Source of the DNA: Verrucomicrobiota bacterium
Lineage (GTDB): Bacteria > Verrucomicrobiota > Verrucomicrobiia > Limisphaerales > JADLHS01
Length of the DNA stretch: 64,000 nt
Direction of reading: 5' to 3'
Assembly (NCBI GenBank): GCA_037044975.1
Contig: JBAOIL010000025.1
Span: 502-64,501, forward strand
Shown here: positions 29,868 through 40,472 of the stretch, piece after piece
Position numbering within the stretch: the first letter of the stretch is position 1
Layout of the letters: every line of letters starts with the position of its first letter
Position numbers and translations under genes: made by a program
The notes under the pieces: model-generated
Told to the model about the DNA's origin: nothing
The model's database searches: none
The model's input: only the letters and a program-made list of their open reading frames with translations

Positions 29868-31170
29868 TCAAACGCTGACCCGGGAGTTCCGCGTGGCCAC
29901 CAGGGCATCGGCAAAGAGCCGGGCGAATTCCGCAGTGGCTTCCGCATCGTGGGCCAGCGAAAGATAAAGCTTGGTGCCCATGGGATTCAGGAAAACGCCG
30001 GCCCGCAGCAACGCCAGCATGAGGGCCCGGCCCCGCGCCCGGTCGGAAGCGAGCCAGCTTTGCTGGTCGGTTACCGGCTGGGCAGAAAACGCCACCTGGG
30101 CCAGCGGACCATCACCTAGGACTTGCGCGGTTTCGCCCTGGGCCGCCAACCCCTCGCCGAGCGACCGGCGCAAGCGCGCCCCGTTCTCATGCAAGCCCGG
30201 ATAGATGCCACGCTCGGAAAGCACGTCAAGTGTCGCCAGCGCGGCCGCGCAGGAAACAGGATTGCCGCCGCCAGTGGAGGCGGACCAGACATAGTGCGGT
30301 CCCGGCAAACGATGTTCCGCCACCACTTCCATCAACTCCGCCCGCCCACCGTAAGCGCCAATCGGAAAACCCCCGCCCAACGCTTTGCCATACGCCACGA
30401 GGTCAGGCCGGACCCCGGTAATATTCCTGCGCGCCCCCCAAGGCCAGACGGAAGCCGGTGACAACCTCATCGAAGATCAGAACGACGCCGTGCTTTTCGG
30501 TCACCGACCGGAGTCCGGCCAGGAATCCGGGCCCCGGAGTAATGCAACGGTGCAGGGGTTCAACGATCACAGCCGCAAGGTCGCGAGCGTGGTCGGCGAT
30601 GATCTTTTCGGTCGTGGCCAGATCGTTGAACGGAGCCGTCAAAACATCCCGCTCCACCCACGCGGCCCCGGCGCCGGAAGGATCGGACGCGGGCGGCACA
30701 GTTGGCTGGCCAGCCAGCATGCTGGTGACACCGACCGGATGCTGGCCGTGATAGGCGCCGGCAAATTTCAAAACCTTGGGCCGACCGGTTGCGCCCTGGG
30801 CGATCCGCAAACAAAGCATCGTGGCTTCGGTGCCGGAAGCGACGAACCGTATTTTCTCCGCACACGGACTGAGCGCCCGAATGCGTTCGGCCAATTCGAC
30901 GGCCCGGAGATTCACCGCCGCGAAATTGGCTCCGTCCCGCGCCTGGCGGGTGGCCGCTTCAACAACCTTCGGATGCGCGTGGCCCACCAAAGCGGCGCCC
31001 CATGCCATGGTCATGTCGAGGAACTTGCGGCCTTCGGTATCCCAAACGCGGCAACCCGCGCCGCGTTGCAACACGGGCACGAGATCGGCGGGAATCCCGT
31101 ATTCCCCATTCGAGCCGGCGGGGAAGCGGGCGAGAGCCCGTTCGCGAAAGTTCAGGTCACGTTTGTTCAT
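29868..31170 (-). pseudogene. class-III aminotransferase (glutamate-1-semialdehyde aminomutase-like) with one frame break near 30417
   Basis: ORF 30403-31170 ends ...[23 protein letters not shown] 29868-30470 continues [20 protein letters not shown] (PLP lysine). One extra base in tac-c-ggg explains the shift. Confidence 0.75.
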
Positions 31171-31171
31171 T

Positions 31172-32551
31172 TTATGATTCTTGCCCCGCCACTTCGCCGA
31201 TGCAGGTGTCGAGGATGGCCAATGCCTGGTCCATTTCGGAACGAGTGAGCGTCAGGGCCGGTGTGAGGGTGAGAATGTTACCCATGGTCACTTTGAAGTT
31301 CAGGCCGCGTTTGAGCGCGCCATACATCACCCGTTCGGCGGCGTCCGTGGCGGGTTTGCCGTCGCGGATGAGTTCGACGCCCAGCAGCAGGCCCTTCCCC
31401 CGCACATCGCCAATCAGGCGGTTACGGGACTTCATTTCGCGCAGCTTCGCCAGGGCGTAATCACCGAGCTGGGCGGCGTGTTCCACCAGTTTCTCGTCGC
31501 GAATCACGTCCAGCGTGGCCAGACCAGCGGCGCAGCCGACGGGGTTCTTCTCGTGCGTGTAGTGGCCAAGGGCGGTATGCGTGGCCACATTGAGGCCTTC
31601 GCGCGCCAGCAGCGCCGCAATCGGAAACACGCCGCCACCCAGGCCTTTGCCCAGCACCAGCATGTCCGGCACAACCTCGTAATGTTCGCACGCGAACATG
31701 CGCCCGGTCCGACCGAGACCGATGGGAATCTCGTCGAGAATCAGGAGCGCGCCGTGCTTGTCACAGGCGGCCCGGACGCGCTTCCAATAATCCGCGGGCG
31801 GAATGAACGGCGTGCAGCGAACCGTCTCCCCGATGACCGCGGCCACGTCGCCCTCCTTCTCCAATACGTAATCAATGTAGTCAGCGCAGGCGAGATTGCA
31901 GGCGGTGCCGCACTTGAACGGACACCGCAGCGGCTCTGGCGGCGGGACATGTTCGCATCCCGGCAGCAGCGGCCCGATGCCTTTGCGGAACACCGCTTCG
32001 CCACCCACCGAGATGGCATCCAAGGACGCTCCGTGGAAAGCATCCCACATGGAAACAAACTTGAACCGGCCGGTGGCAATGCGGGCAAGCTTGAGCGCCA
32101 TGCCGATCGCGGAGGTGCCGCCCGGCGCGAACAACACGCGATTCAAATCGCCCGGGGCAATTTCCCCAAGGCGGCGGGCCAGTTCGATCGCCGGCTCACA
32201 CGTGTAACGGCGGGTGCAAAAACTGAGTTCATCGAGCTGCCGTTTGATGGCCGCAATGACGCGGGGATGGGCGAAGCCGACCTGATGGACGTTGTTCCCG
32301 TGAAAGTCGAGATAACGCCGGCCTTCGACATCCTCAATCCACGCCCCCTCGGCCTTGGCCAGCGCGTTGAGGCACGGGGTGGAAAGGGATTGATGCAGGA
32401 AATGGCGCCCGTCGGCCTCGAGCAGCGCCTGCGTGGCTGGGGAAATGTGGTCGGCGGCCCAGGCCCGGCGGCGCGGCGAGAGGTTCACATCCCCTTCCGA
32501 GCGAAGGTGATCGAGGTCGGGGTGGGCAAGTGGCTTGGCAGATGCGTCCAT
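31172..32551 (-). CDS. class-III (omega-type) aminotransferase
   Basis: 459 aa with LILDEIPIGLGRTGRMF and PDMLVLGKGLGGG (PLP lysine). Confidence 0.85.
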   Translation of the reverse strand: MDASAKPLAHPDLDHLRSEGDVNLSPRRRAWAADHISPATQALLEADGRHFLHQSLSTPCLNALAKAEGAWIEDVEGRRYLDFHGNNVHQVGFAHPRVIAAIKRQLDELSFCTRRYTCEPAIELARRLGEIAPGDLNRVLFAPGGTSAIGMALKLARIATGRFKFVSMWDAFHGASLDAISVGGEAVFRKGIGPLLPGCEHVPPPEPLRCPFKCGTACNLACADYIDYVLEKEGDVAAVIGETVRCTPFIPPADYWKRVRAACDKHGALLILDEIPIGLGRTGRMFACEHYEVVPDMLVLGKGLGGGVFPIAALLAREGLNVATHTALGHYTHEKNPVGCAAGLATLDVIRDEKLVEHAAQLGDYALAKLREMKSRNRLIGDVRGKGLLLGVELIRDGKPATDAAERVMYGALKRGLNFKVTMGNILTLTPALTLTRSEMDQALAILDTCIGEVAGQES

Positions 32552-32563
32552 GGGAATTAGAAA

Positions 32564-33475
32564 TCAGTTCGCCGGAGCCGTGAAAGCTTCCCGCACGGGA
32601 CGGCCAATCCAGACATCGGGCTGTTTCAATTTGAACAAGTAGGCGATCGTGGCCGCCGTGTCGCAGGTGCTGACGGGGGATTTGATTTCATACCCGGCGC
32701 GCACGCCGGGGCCGGTGATGATCCAGGGAATCTCAATCTCACCCATCGTCGCGCCGCCGTGGCCCTTGCCCTTGCCGCCGTGGTCGGCGGTGACGATGAG
32801 GACCGTCTGCTCCCACATCCCGGCGGCGCGCAACCCGGCGACGGTTTCTCCGATGAGCTGGTCGGCCACGACCACGGAGGCGTAATACTGCGGTGTCCCG
32901 TGACCAAACTCGTGCCCGGCATGGTCCACATGATCCAGATGGATGAACGTGAACGTAGCCGGATTGTCCTTCCAAAACGCGACCGCCTCGCGCACGGCGT
33001 TGGTGGGACCATCGGTATCCTTGATCACATTAACCGCCGGACGCTCGAAGAGCCGCCCGAAATCATTCCAATCGTGGAACACGCCCATGACGGCGGTCGG
33101 GCGTTGCTCGCGCAGCACACCGAAAATGGTCGGAAAAATTCCACCCGATCCGGTAGCGATGGGGGCGATGTCGAACTTATTTGGCTGCCAGTCATTCGAG
33201 GTCACGCCGTGCTGCTCCGGGCCCGCGCCCATGATCATCGAGGCCCAATTGGGGCTGCTCGACGTGGGCATGACCCCGCGCGCATGGTAGGTCCAAGCGC
33301 CCTGTTCCCGGAGACGGTTGAGATTCGGGGCCGCGGCGTGGAGAATTCCATCCGGACTCAGGCCGTCTACCCCCACGACGACCAGGTGTTTGACTTGTGC
33401 GAAAGCACCCAGAGAAGTCACCGAAAGAATCAGCAGGATTACGATGGTTCTGATCTGATGAGGTGTGGATTTCAT
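32564..33475 (-). CDS. secreted alkaline-phosphatase-superfamily enzyme (nucleotide pyrophosphatase/phosphodiesterase type)
   Basis: Signal peptide; metal-ligand motifs VVGVDGLSPD, MPTSSSPNW and HLDHVDHAGHEFG. Confidence 0.75.
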   Translation of the reverse strand: MKSTPHQIRTIVILLILSVTSLGAFAQVKHLVVVGVDGLSPDGILHAAAPNLNRLREQGAWTYHARGVMPTSSSPNWASMIMGAGPEQHGVTSNDWQPNKFDIAPIATGSGGIFPTIFGVLREQRPTAVMGVFHDWNDFGRLFERPAVNVIKDTDGPTNAVREAVAFWKDNPATFTFIHLDHVDHAGHEFGHGTPQYYASVVVADQLIGETVAGLRAAGMWEQTVLIVTADHGGKGKGHGGATMGEIEIPWIITGPGVRAGYEIKSPVSTCDTAATIAYLFKLKQPDVWIGRPVREAFTAPAN

Positions 33476-33644
33476 TGCGTTGCGATGTCAGCCTAACGCC
33501 ATCGTGCCCGAAGCCGGCTGCCTGTCGAGCGCCGATTTACTGAAGAATCTCACGCCGACGGAGTCTCACCGCAGGGACTGATCGCATTCGTAGACTGCCT
33601 GCAAGAGTTCGACCCCGATGCCTGATTATCAGGGTCATGGACGC

Positions 33645-33674
33645 AAAAAAGGCCGGGTCTTTCGACCCGGCCTT
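33645..33674 (-). terminator. rho-independent terminator of the LamG-protein gene
   Basis: On the minus strand: aaggccgggtc-gaaa-gacccggcctt followed by a T run, 25 nt after the stop. Confidence 0.8.
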
Positions 33675-33699
33675 TGTGCTATTCACAAATTACATCGAA

Positions 33700-36600
33700 T
33701 CAAGGAGGTCCAATGCGCCAGAAACTGGCGCCACCGCCAATTGAAAGCGTCTGGGGATTGGCTTGGCTCGGGGCTACCGTCCAAGGTCCGTTGACCGTAG
33801 GCGCTACCTGAAGTGTGCCAGTGCCCTTCCAATAGATGGTGGCGCTGCCAGCACTCGCGGCCAAGCTCAGACTGGGTGTAGCCGGCGCGGCGACATCGTA
33901 GAATGCTATGTTGTCCACGCCAAAATACCAACTCGCCGTTCCGAGTTGCGCAAAACGCAGCCGCACGTCGGACTTATGGCTGGCGCTGGGCAACCGGAAG
34001 ATTTCGATCCGCTTATCAATTACGCGATCGTCGTTGACCCGCGGGTAAATGAACCGGCCCAAGGCTGGCGTGATCGGAACGGCAAGCGCGTCGCCGTAAT
34101 TGCCGCCTTTCGGGATGCCACCGTCAATCCATGTGGCGGCATCCCCGTTCGGACCCGTCAAGGTCGAAACTGCGTCCACCGAACCATCGGCGTTGAAGCG
34201 GATGTCCCCGCCGTTATCAGCCTGGTCGATGAAATACACGACTGGCAGCCAAGTGTTCCCACCATCCACGGAGTACTCCACTGCGCCGATGTTGTCCTGG
34301 TTCTGTTCGTAGAGACTGCCAAATGATAGCGCTGGGTTTGCGACGGCGGAGAGGTTGAAGGCGGACGTTTTGATGAACTGCACCTGATTATCATCCCGCA
34401 CGTCGGACTCGGCGTAGAGCAGGTTGCCCGAGGTCAAGTCGGTGACGGTCACCTCGACTCCATTCAGGGTCTGCCCTAGGGCGACATTGAAAATGCGGCT
34501 CTTGAGCCCGGCAAGTCGGGTCCCATCAACCACCACCCATCCTTTGTAGGAATCCGAGTTAAGGTCGTCTAGGTTCAAACCTGGGGTGGCACAGAAATCG
34601 CCTGAGCAGTCAGTGAAGTTCCACTCCGTCCATCCGGCGGGCACCCCGCCCTCGGTGGTTGAGTCGAAGTTCTGGGTCAGTACCGGCGAAGGAAGCACGA
34701 TGTTCAGCAGGTTGAAGAAACTCCAACGTTGCGTGGTGGTATACGTCCCGCCCACGGTGCTGAAGGTCAACTCCGCAAGATGCTGGTCGCCGGGGAACTG
34801 AAGCGTGGTAGGCGTGTAGGTCAACGTGACCAGGCTACCGGATCGCACCTTGGTGGGAGTAATGGCGCTGCCGTCCAGCTTGAGCACGATCGAATTGTCG
34901 TCCAAGGCAGTCGTACCATCAGAAAGAACGATCAGGAGCGATCGGCTGGATTGGTTGAGCACCCTTTGCACGGGCTCGGGGCTGACATACTTGATGTAGG
35001 GTGGAATGGGAGTGGTGAGCGCACGGTAGGACGCCAAGCCGCCATGGGCCGTATCATTAACCAGCACTTTGTTGGTGCCGCTCAGCGTGAACCATTCGAT
35101 GTTGCCAGCCGTAGTGGAGTTCTGCCAACTCGTGCGAAAGGCGTAAACGCCGGCTTCTTGCACCGAGAGATAAAAGATGCTATCGGCACTGCCGCGCGCG
35201 CCGTTAAACTCACCGACCCGGATGCTGCCAATGACGTCTTGCGGCAACAAACCGACCGTGGTTCGAAAACCATCGTCACTGTTGATGCCCATAGCCACCA
35301 GTCCCGCCGGGAGATTGATGTAGCTGATCGCTTCCGCGGCTGCGCCGTCCGACGACGAATCCGTGCCCGGCAAGCCAGGCATTTGCCCATCGGGGCCAAA
35401 ATTTCCGTTGGTGGATGCACCTGTGGCTGCACTGTCGATGTTAAGAGGACCGGCAATCTCGAACTTGATGGGAGCATTCGCCGGACTGGGCGCAGTGGCG
35501 TTGGCGATGGCTACCCCTTTCGCGGCAGGATCCGCATTATTCACCAGCGGGGTCACGCCATCCACATCCTTAAGCTGCCCCGCCAAAGCCGCTTCCGTGC
35601 GCGCATTGCTGGCGGTGGTATTGGCCTGATTCGCGAAGATGTTCCACTTAAAGCCCGGTTTGGAGGTGTCGGCGGCAACCTTCAGATTGGGGGTCAGGGT
35701 TGTGTAAGGCGCGACGCTGTATGTCCAGGTATTCGTGACGAATGCTTGCGGGGCGCCGTTGTTGGCAAAGATCACTGTCGCGGTGTTCGCTCCGGCCGGC
35801 CACAGAGCCGTTGGGGTGTGCGTAATGGTCGAGTTAACCCCGACCTTCGTGATAACCGTTGGCACCTCGGCACCGTTCACCGACAACTTCACCGTCGCGT
35901 TGGCCAGAGACTTGGCGCCATCGGTGACAATGATGCTAATCGGCGACCCAGGGTTTACGCCCGTTGCCTGCAATGCCGGGGATGTGGATTTGACGAAGGG
36001 GTACTCGATGGTTGGCACCTTGGAAATATTCGTACCACCCAATCCGGCATTATAAATTGCGCCAACTTCACCACCGCTCAATTCCCGACGCCAGATGCCC
36101 AGATCATCCATCAGAACATCCTTCATATTAAAGTCGCCGGATTGGTAAACGCCCGTGCCATCCTGGCCAATGTTAACACTCTGGCCTACTCCCAACGTAT
36201 CAATGAGGCCGGTACATTGGCTGAGGGGCGAGGTTGCAAGCAGGGCGCCGTCCTTGTAGATCGTCACCGTGCTCTGACGTCCCCAAGTCACCACCACATG
36301 GTGCCAAGTGCCATCCCGGAGGAGGGCACCAGGGTTGCCGGGTGCTATTTGTTGTCGGTGCGAATTATCGCCGGAATCATCCTTGGTAACCACGCCAAAA
36401 TTACCACCACTTTGCATATAAATGTCCCAACCCATATTCTGACTGCTGTTCCAGTTTTGGCTTCCAATGAACACAGGATCGCTCGTCTGGTTGGTATAAT
36501 TGCACCAAAAGGCGATGCTGAAGTCTGTGGCGCTACTGTCGGATACGGCGCCGAATTGCAGTTCCGTTGGATAGCCCAACGTCACGTAGTTGTTGATGGC

Positions 36601-36840
36601 ATTGGGGCCATCAACCGTGAGCGCAACGCAATTGCCGAGCTTACCGGGGCCGGAAGTGGGCGTACCGATCGGCACGCCTTCGATCCCGTTGGCCACTGTG
36701 TTGGTGTAGTTACCGGATACGTTCTTGCCGTCAAACGTCATGTGAAGGACGAGGCCATTCGTGATTTGGGCCTGACTGACACTGACACCGAGGCAAAAGG
36801 CCACAGCAGCAGATAGGTTTAGGAGGGATTTTGTCTTCAT
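33700..36840 (-). CDS. giant secreted LamG/concanavalin-like-domain protein
   Basis: 1046 aa with a signal peptide, an N-terminal LamG-type region (LVLHMTFDG...) and Thr/Gly/Asn-rich beta-type sequence. Confidence 0.8.
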   Translation of the reverse strand: MKTKSLLNLSAAVAFCLGVSVSQAQITNGLVLHMTFDGKNVSGNYTNTVANGIEGVPIGTPTSGPGKLGNCVALTVDGPNAINNYVTLGYPTELQFGAVSDSSATDFSIAFWCNYTNQTSDPVFIGSQNWNSSQNMGWDIYMQSGGNFGVVTKDDSGDNSHRQQIAPGNPGALLRDGTWHHVVVTWGRQSTVTIYKDGALLATSPLSQCTGLIDTLGVGQSVNIGQDGTGVYQSGDFNMKDVLMDDLGIWRRELSGGEVGAIYNAGLGGTNISKVPTIEYPFVKSTSPALQATGVNPGSPISIIVTDGAKSLANATVKLSVNGAEVPTVITKVGVNSTITHTPTALWPAGANTATVIFANNGAPQAFVTNTWTYSVAPYTTLTPNLKVAADTSKPGFKWNIFANQANTTASNARTEAALAGQLKDVDGVTPLVNNADPAAKGVAIANATAPSPANAPIKFEIAGPLNIDSAATGASTNGNFGPDGQMPGLPGTDSSSDGAAAEAISYINLPAGLVAMGINSDDGFRTTVGLLPQDVIGSIRVGEFNGARGSADSIFYLSVQEAGVYAFRTSWQNSTTAGNIEWFTLSGTNKVLVNDTAHGGLASYRALTTPIPPYIKYVSPEPVQRVLNQSSRSLLIVLSDGTTALDDNSIVLKLDGSAITPTKVRSGSLVTLTYTPTTLQFPGDQHLAELTFSTVGGTYTTTQRWSFFNLLNIVLPSPVLTQNFDSTTEGGVPAGWTEWNFTDCSGDFCATPGLNLDDLNSDSYKGWVVVDGTRLAGLKSRIFNVALGQTLNGVEVTVTDLTSGNLLYAESDVRDDNQVQFIKTSAFNLSAVANPALSFGSLYEQNQDNIGAVEYSVDGGNTWLPVVYFIDQADNGGDIRFNADGSVDAVSTLTGPNGDAATWIDGGIPKGGNYGDALAVPITPALGRFIYPRVNDDRVIDKRIEIFRLPSASHKSDVRLRFAQLGTASWYFGVDNIAFYDVAAPATPSLSLAASAGSATIYWKGTGTLQVAPTVNGPWTVAPSQANPQTLSIGGGASFWRIGPP

Positions 36841-37067
36841 TGCATGTCTGGTTTGTTTGGGGTTGATGTTACGGTGTTGCTTCGGAGATGGGCCTGGTCA
36901 TCAAAGTTCCGATATGAGTTTAGGTGGTTCGGGAATTTATTCCGGGCCCGCGGCGATACCGATAGGACGATGCAGGCAAATCGGTGATTTTAGACAGAGA
37001 ACTGAACTCGGATACTGGACTGTCCGGTTTCTCATAGCGGTTTGACATACCATCCTCATCCCAGCAG

Positions 37068-37454
37068 TTATTTAGTAAGTCGCCGCTGGTTGAGCGTTTC
37101 GACTGCCTTGGGGTCGCCCTTGGACTCAGCTTCAAGCAACGCCGCGTTAACGGTCATGGCGGCGCCAGCGACGATCCGGCTTTGGATCTTGGTCAAGTCA
37201 GGACGCTGCGCCAAGGCACTGAGCGTCATGGAGGCCTTGGAAAAATCCTTGCTCTGCACCGCGGCAACGGACAAATCGCTCAGTTCCTTGGTTTCCGCGC
37301 TGGCGGAAGTAAACGCCTTCCCAAGTTCAGCCGGAATCTGTTCCAGACTGATGGGTGTCGGCGGCTTGACCGTTTCGCCACAGCCCCCCGCCAGGGCCGT
37401 CACCAGCAGCAGGACTGAAAACTGAAAACATTTCGAGAGAAAAGTGAAGCGCAT
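37068..37454 (-). CDS. small lipoprotein, hypothetical
   Basis: 128 aa from ATG 37454 with lipobox LAGGC. Confidence 0.6.
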   Translation of the reverse strand: MRFTFLSKCFQFSVLLLVTALAGGCGETVKPPTPISLEQIPAELGKAFTSASAETKELSDLSVAAVQSKDFSKASMTLSALAQRPDLTKIQSRIVAGAAMTVNAALLEAESKGDPKAVETLNQRRLTK

Positions 37455-37488
37455 GATTCGATAAAATTGTGAAGTGACTGACCGGATA

Positions 37489-38364
37489 TCAAAACTTGGG
37501 CATCTCGTCTGGCCGTTCGCCCGTGTACCAGCGGTAGTCATAGCCCACGGTTTCCTTTATGTACTTGATCCTCGACACGTTACCCGTCACCCAAACGGTG
37601 TTGCATCCGCGATTGTGCCGCCACCAGCCCTGCCGCATGTCCAATCCGTACTGGACAGCCCAGCCGGAGCCGGCTTTCCAAGAGCCAAGTATTTCAGACT
37701 GACCCGGGAATTTGCCCAGACAATCTTCGGACTCAGCAAGTTGCTCAGCCCCATCCTGAGTAAAGATGGTGCTGCTGGGGCTTAAGTAACTGCTTACCTT
37801 GAGCGGACCCTTCGGGTTCTTTCCGTATTGCGAAGTCGCGCCGTCGTACGGAAGCAAGAGGTATCTCATCATGGAATAACCGGAGTTGGCCCAAAAATCC
37901 ACTGGCCAGGATTGCAGGCCATCTTCCCACCAACGATCAACGAATTTCCCGACATTGGGGCAGCCAAATACCTTCCGATTCTTGAAGTAACTGTAATAGC
38001 CGAGGGCCCAATAGGCGTTGCCGTCTTCGGGCTTAAGGAGGGGGTCGGATGTCGGGTTCAAGGTCCAGCGCCCCCCGTTAGGGACACTCCCCCCGCCCGT
38101 GTTCCAGTAGGTGTTTTGGAAGTCATCAGCATACATCTGCGCAGCCACCTGAATCTGATGAAGGTTATTGCGACAGCCAATGTCCTTGGCTTTGTCCTTG
38201 GCCTTGCCCAGCGCTGGAAGCAACATCGCCGCCAGAATGGCAATGATGGCGATCACCACCAGCAGTTCGATCAAGGTAAATGCGCCACGGCCGTGACGGC
38301 GACTGCCGGGTTGATTGATTCGGGCTGCACTTAGATCCCAAGACGTGGGTTTTAGATGTTTCAT
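37489..38364 (-). CDS. prepilin-type N-terminal cleavage/methylation protein (DUF1559-like)
   Basis: [27 protein letters not shown]-terminus; start at MKHLKP (ATG 38364). Confidence 0.85.
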   Translation of the reverse strand: MKHLKPTSWDLSAARINQPGSRRHGRGAFTLIELLVVIAIIAILAAMLLPALGKAKDKAKDIGCRNNLHQIQVAAQMYADDFQNTYWNTGGGSVPNGGRWTLNPTSDPLLKPEDGNAYWALGYYSYFKNRKVFGCPNVGKFVDRWWEDGLQSWPVDFWANSGYSMMRYLLLPYDGATSQYGKNPKGPLKVSSYLSPSSTIFTQDGAEQLAESEDCLGKFPGQSEILGSWKAGSGWAVQYGLDMRQGWWRHNRGCNTVWVTGNVSRIKYIKETVGYDYRWYTGERPDEMPKF

Positions 38365-38610
38365 CAACTTAATCTTTATTACGGGGTGGACTTTATCGGA
38401 GGATTGAACTGGCTCAAGCAACAATCATGTGACGTGGGCGCATAAACCGTAACCAAATTGTAACAATCAAAACTCTGCACAGGTTTCCCGGCTAGAATCC
38501 GGTTTGGTTGTTACAACTAAACGCTTCACAGCGGACAAGTCAATTATTTATTGATTTATTCCTAAATTTATCAAGCCGTCTTCTTGCAGCAGTGCTTCCA
38601 TGACTGAAAG

Positions 38611-38946
38611 TTAATGGAGACGGTTCTGAACCAGAGCCAATCCACCTGCCAGCAGCGCCAAGGCAATACCGCTGACTGACCCACACGGCCGTTTTCCCAG
38701 ATCAAAGATGGAATCGCCGCGATGACACGCGTAATTGTGGCTGGAGGACCCGCTGACCGGCATGCGCATTTGATGCGTAGTCCTTCTCACCATTGGCTGG
38801 CAAGCCATGTCCGACCTTCGGTAGTTCTCCCAAATTGTGAAAAGTGGATCGGCTAGGGTTGCGATAGCGCGAAACCAGGCATCTCCGTCAACCTCGCGGC
38901 GAACCGCCTTTGTAATGACTGCTTTGCGTTTGGCCGGCTCCTGCAT
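38611..38946 (-). CDS. hypothetical tail-anchored protein
   Basis: 111 aa from ATG 38946 with a C-terminal hydrophobic segment SGIALALLAGGLALV; no RBS-like sequence. Confidence 0.3.
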   Translation of the reverse strand: MQEPAKRKAVITKAVRREVDGDAWFRAIATLADPLFTIWENYRRSDMACQPMVRRTTHQMRMPVSGSSSHNYACHRGDSIFDLGKRPCGSVSGIALALLAGGLALVQNRLH

Positions 38947-38987
38947 TCCGCATTCAGGAGTCCCCCCTTGCCGAGTCGGGTGTTTGG

Positions 38988-39722
38988 TCAAGGGGAAAGT
39001 CCGTTGGTGAGCAAAGGCGCTGCCGTAATCCGGACAAACCCGTTCGCCCGCTGTGTCGCCTCCGCAACCTGGGCCTTGGTCATTTTCCTTTCCAAGCGCT
39101 CGATCATCTCGCTGGCATCCCCAATCCCGTTGTTCGCGGCCAGTCGAAGCCACTTAAAGGCTTCAATCAAGTCGGGCTTCACCCCCATGCCAAGTTCGTA
39201 ACGCTGACCAAGATTGAACTGAGCCAACGCCTCTCCCCGCTCGGCAGCAAGTTGGTGCCATTTCGCCGCCAACGTCTGGTCTTTCTTAACGGCACGGCCT
39301 TCCTCATACAAGCCGGCGAGGCTATACATGGCTCTGACATTGCCATGCCCCGCCGCAGCAAGGTAAAGCCGCAGCGCTTCGGCAGGATTGTTCGTCACGC
39401 CCTGACCAATCGTATAAAGCTCTGCGAGTCCTACCATTGATTCGACATGACCTTTAGTCACAGCCATTTGAAACAACGAGGCCGCCTCAGAATAGTTTGG
39501 CAGCCCGTATTCACCCTTCACGAGGGACTTGGCCAGCCTGTATACAGCCTCCGAGTCACCTGCTTGCGCTCTCGCTCTGAGGGTGGCCTCATCAACAAGC
39601 GGAGCAGCAGACTCGGCGTCAGCCGCTGGATTGCTCACTCTCGTATCGCGTGCATTCCACACCATGACGACGGCGATACCAACAATCACCAAAACCACGA
39701 TGAGCATTAAAGGTTTTTTCAT
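38988..39722 (-). CDS. Sel1-repeat (TPR-like) protein, membrane anchored
   Basis: N-terminal TM helix and at least four Sel1-type repeats (A..W...AA..G...A...LG..Y..G.GV); start at MKKPLML. Confidence 0.85.
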   Translation of the reverse strand: MKKPLMLIVVLVIVGIAVVMVWNARDTRVSNPAADAESAAPLVDEATLRARAQAGDSEAVYRLAKSLVKGEYGLPNYSEAASLFQMAVTKGHVESMVGLAELYTIGQGVTNNPAEALRLYLAAAGHGNVRAMYSLAGLYEEGRAVKKDQTLAAKWHQLAAERGEALAQFNLGQRYELGMGVKPDLIEAFKWLRLAANNGIGDASEMIERLERKMTKAQVAEATQRANGFVRITAAPLLTNGLSP

Positions 39723-40110
39723 ACAGGAGCTAACAAATCCCCAAGGCGACGACCGCGCATAACCCACCCTGGCAACGTTCATTTGAACTTGCCACAAACT
39801 CCAGACTCTTTGCGGGACGACAGGGAAACGATAACAGCCGAACCAACGTGAGTAAACACCCTATTCAAGATAGCAGAAAAGTGTCATGGCGGGCCTGTCC
39901 TCGCCAGGAAGCGAGCACCTCCATAGCCGGTAAATCAGACTGCCTACGCGATAATGATGCCGTGCGCAATGGCTTCCCACACGACAAAGCCAAAACTCCC
40001 AAGTGGTATTGGCGCACGGCTGACCCGGTCGAGGCTTATCAATCGAACAGCTCAGTTCCTCGGTTCACCTCGGCAGGCCGACGCGTTTGTTCCCATCAAA
40101 CCGGCCCCGG

Positions 40111-40460
40111 TCGCCAAGTGAAATGTCAGACAGGTTTGGCTTGCCACAATGTTGATTTGGTGCTTCCGCCAATTCCGCACCCGTCAAGAGATTCTATAGC
40201 GAGGCCGGCGCGAACCGGCTGGACAGAGCAACGGCGAGGATGGATACCACGGCGATGCTCGCGATGTTTTTGCGGACGGCTTTATTCATGTGAGGAGGGA
40301 CGCCCGGAAATGGGCATTCTGGTTGTCGGATAGTGCCGCGTTCAACTGACGCCCCCGGTTTCGCGTTCCGGCGCTTGCGTCGGCCCACAGCCGCCAAGTG
40401 AGACGACCTTACACCCTGCCCGGGGTTTGTATCGTGAAGAGTTGAAGGGGGTAAAACGAC
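40111..40460. repeat. copy 1 of a ~350-bp module preceding a vapBC locus
   Basis: About 90% identical by hand alignment to 41197-41590. Confidence 0.85.
40194..40289 (-). CDS. small hydrophobic peptide ORF inside repeat copy 1 (31 aa, truncated relative to copy 2)
   Basis: MNKAVRKNIASIAVVSILAVALSSRFAPASL*. Its TAG sits where copy 2 has CAG. Confidence 0.4.
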   Translation of the reverse strand: MNKAVRKNIASIAVVSILAVALSSRFAPASL

Positions 40461-40472
40461 CAAAAGGAGCGG

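Noticed and set aside
31181-32560. 459-aa plus-strand ORF exactly mirroring the aminotransferase gene. Similar long mirror ORFs lie at 34729-36816, 52567-54261, 47699-48979, 20379-21794, 44177-45688, 49288-50307, 50357-51253, 27319-28332 and 28916-29782.
   Set aside because: These are antisense shadow ORFs, which are typical of high-GC DNA. Their translations are Arg/Gly/His-rich without motifs, whereas the opposite strand carries clear family motifs.
38451-38516. Paired boxes aaccaaa-ttgtaaca and ggtttggt-tgttacaa upstream of the prepilin-like gene, considered as a hairpin or riboswitch stem
   Set aside because: The complementary halves are in the order A-B...A'-B', so they cannot form a simple hairpin. 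This may be an operator pair in an AT-rich promoter, but I cannot support that from the sequence alone.
39848-40333. 161-aa plus-strand ORF in the spacer before the first TA locus
   Set aside because: It has Cys/Arg/Pro-rich low-quality composition, runs across the repeat boundary and is not conserved in copy 2.
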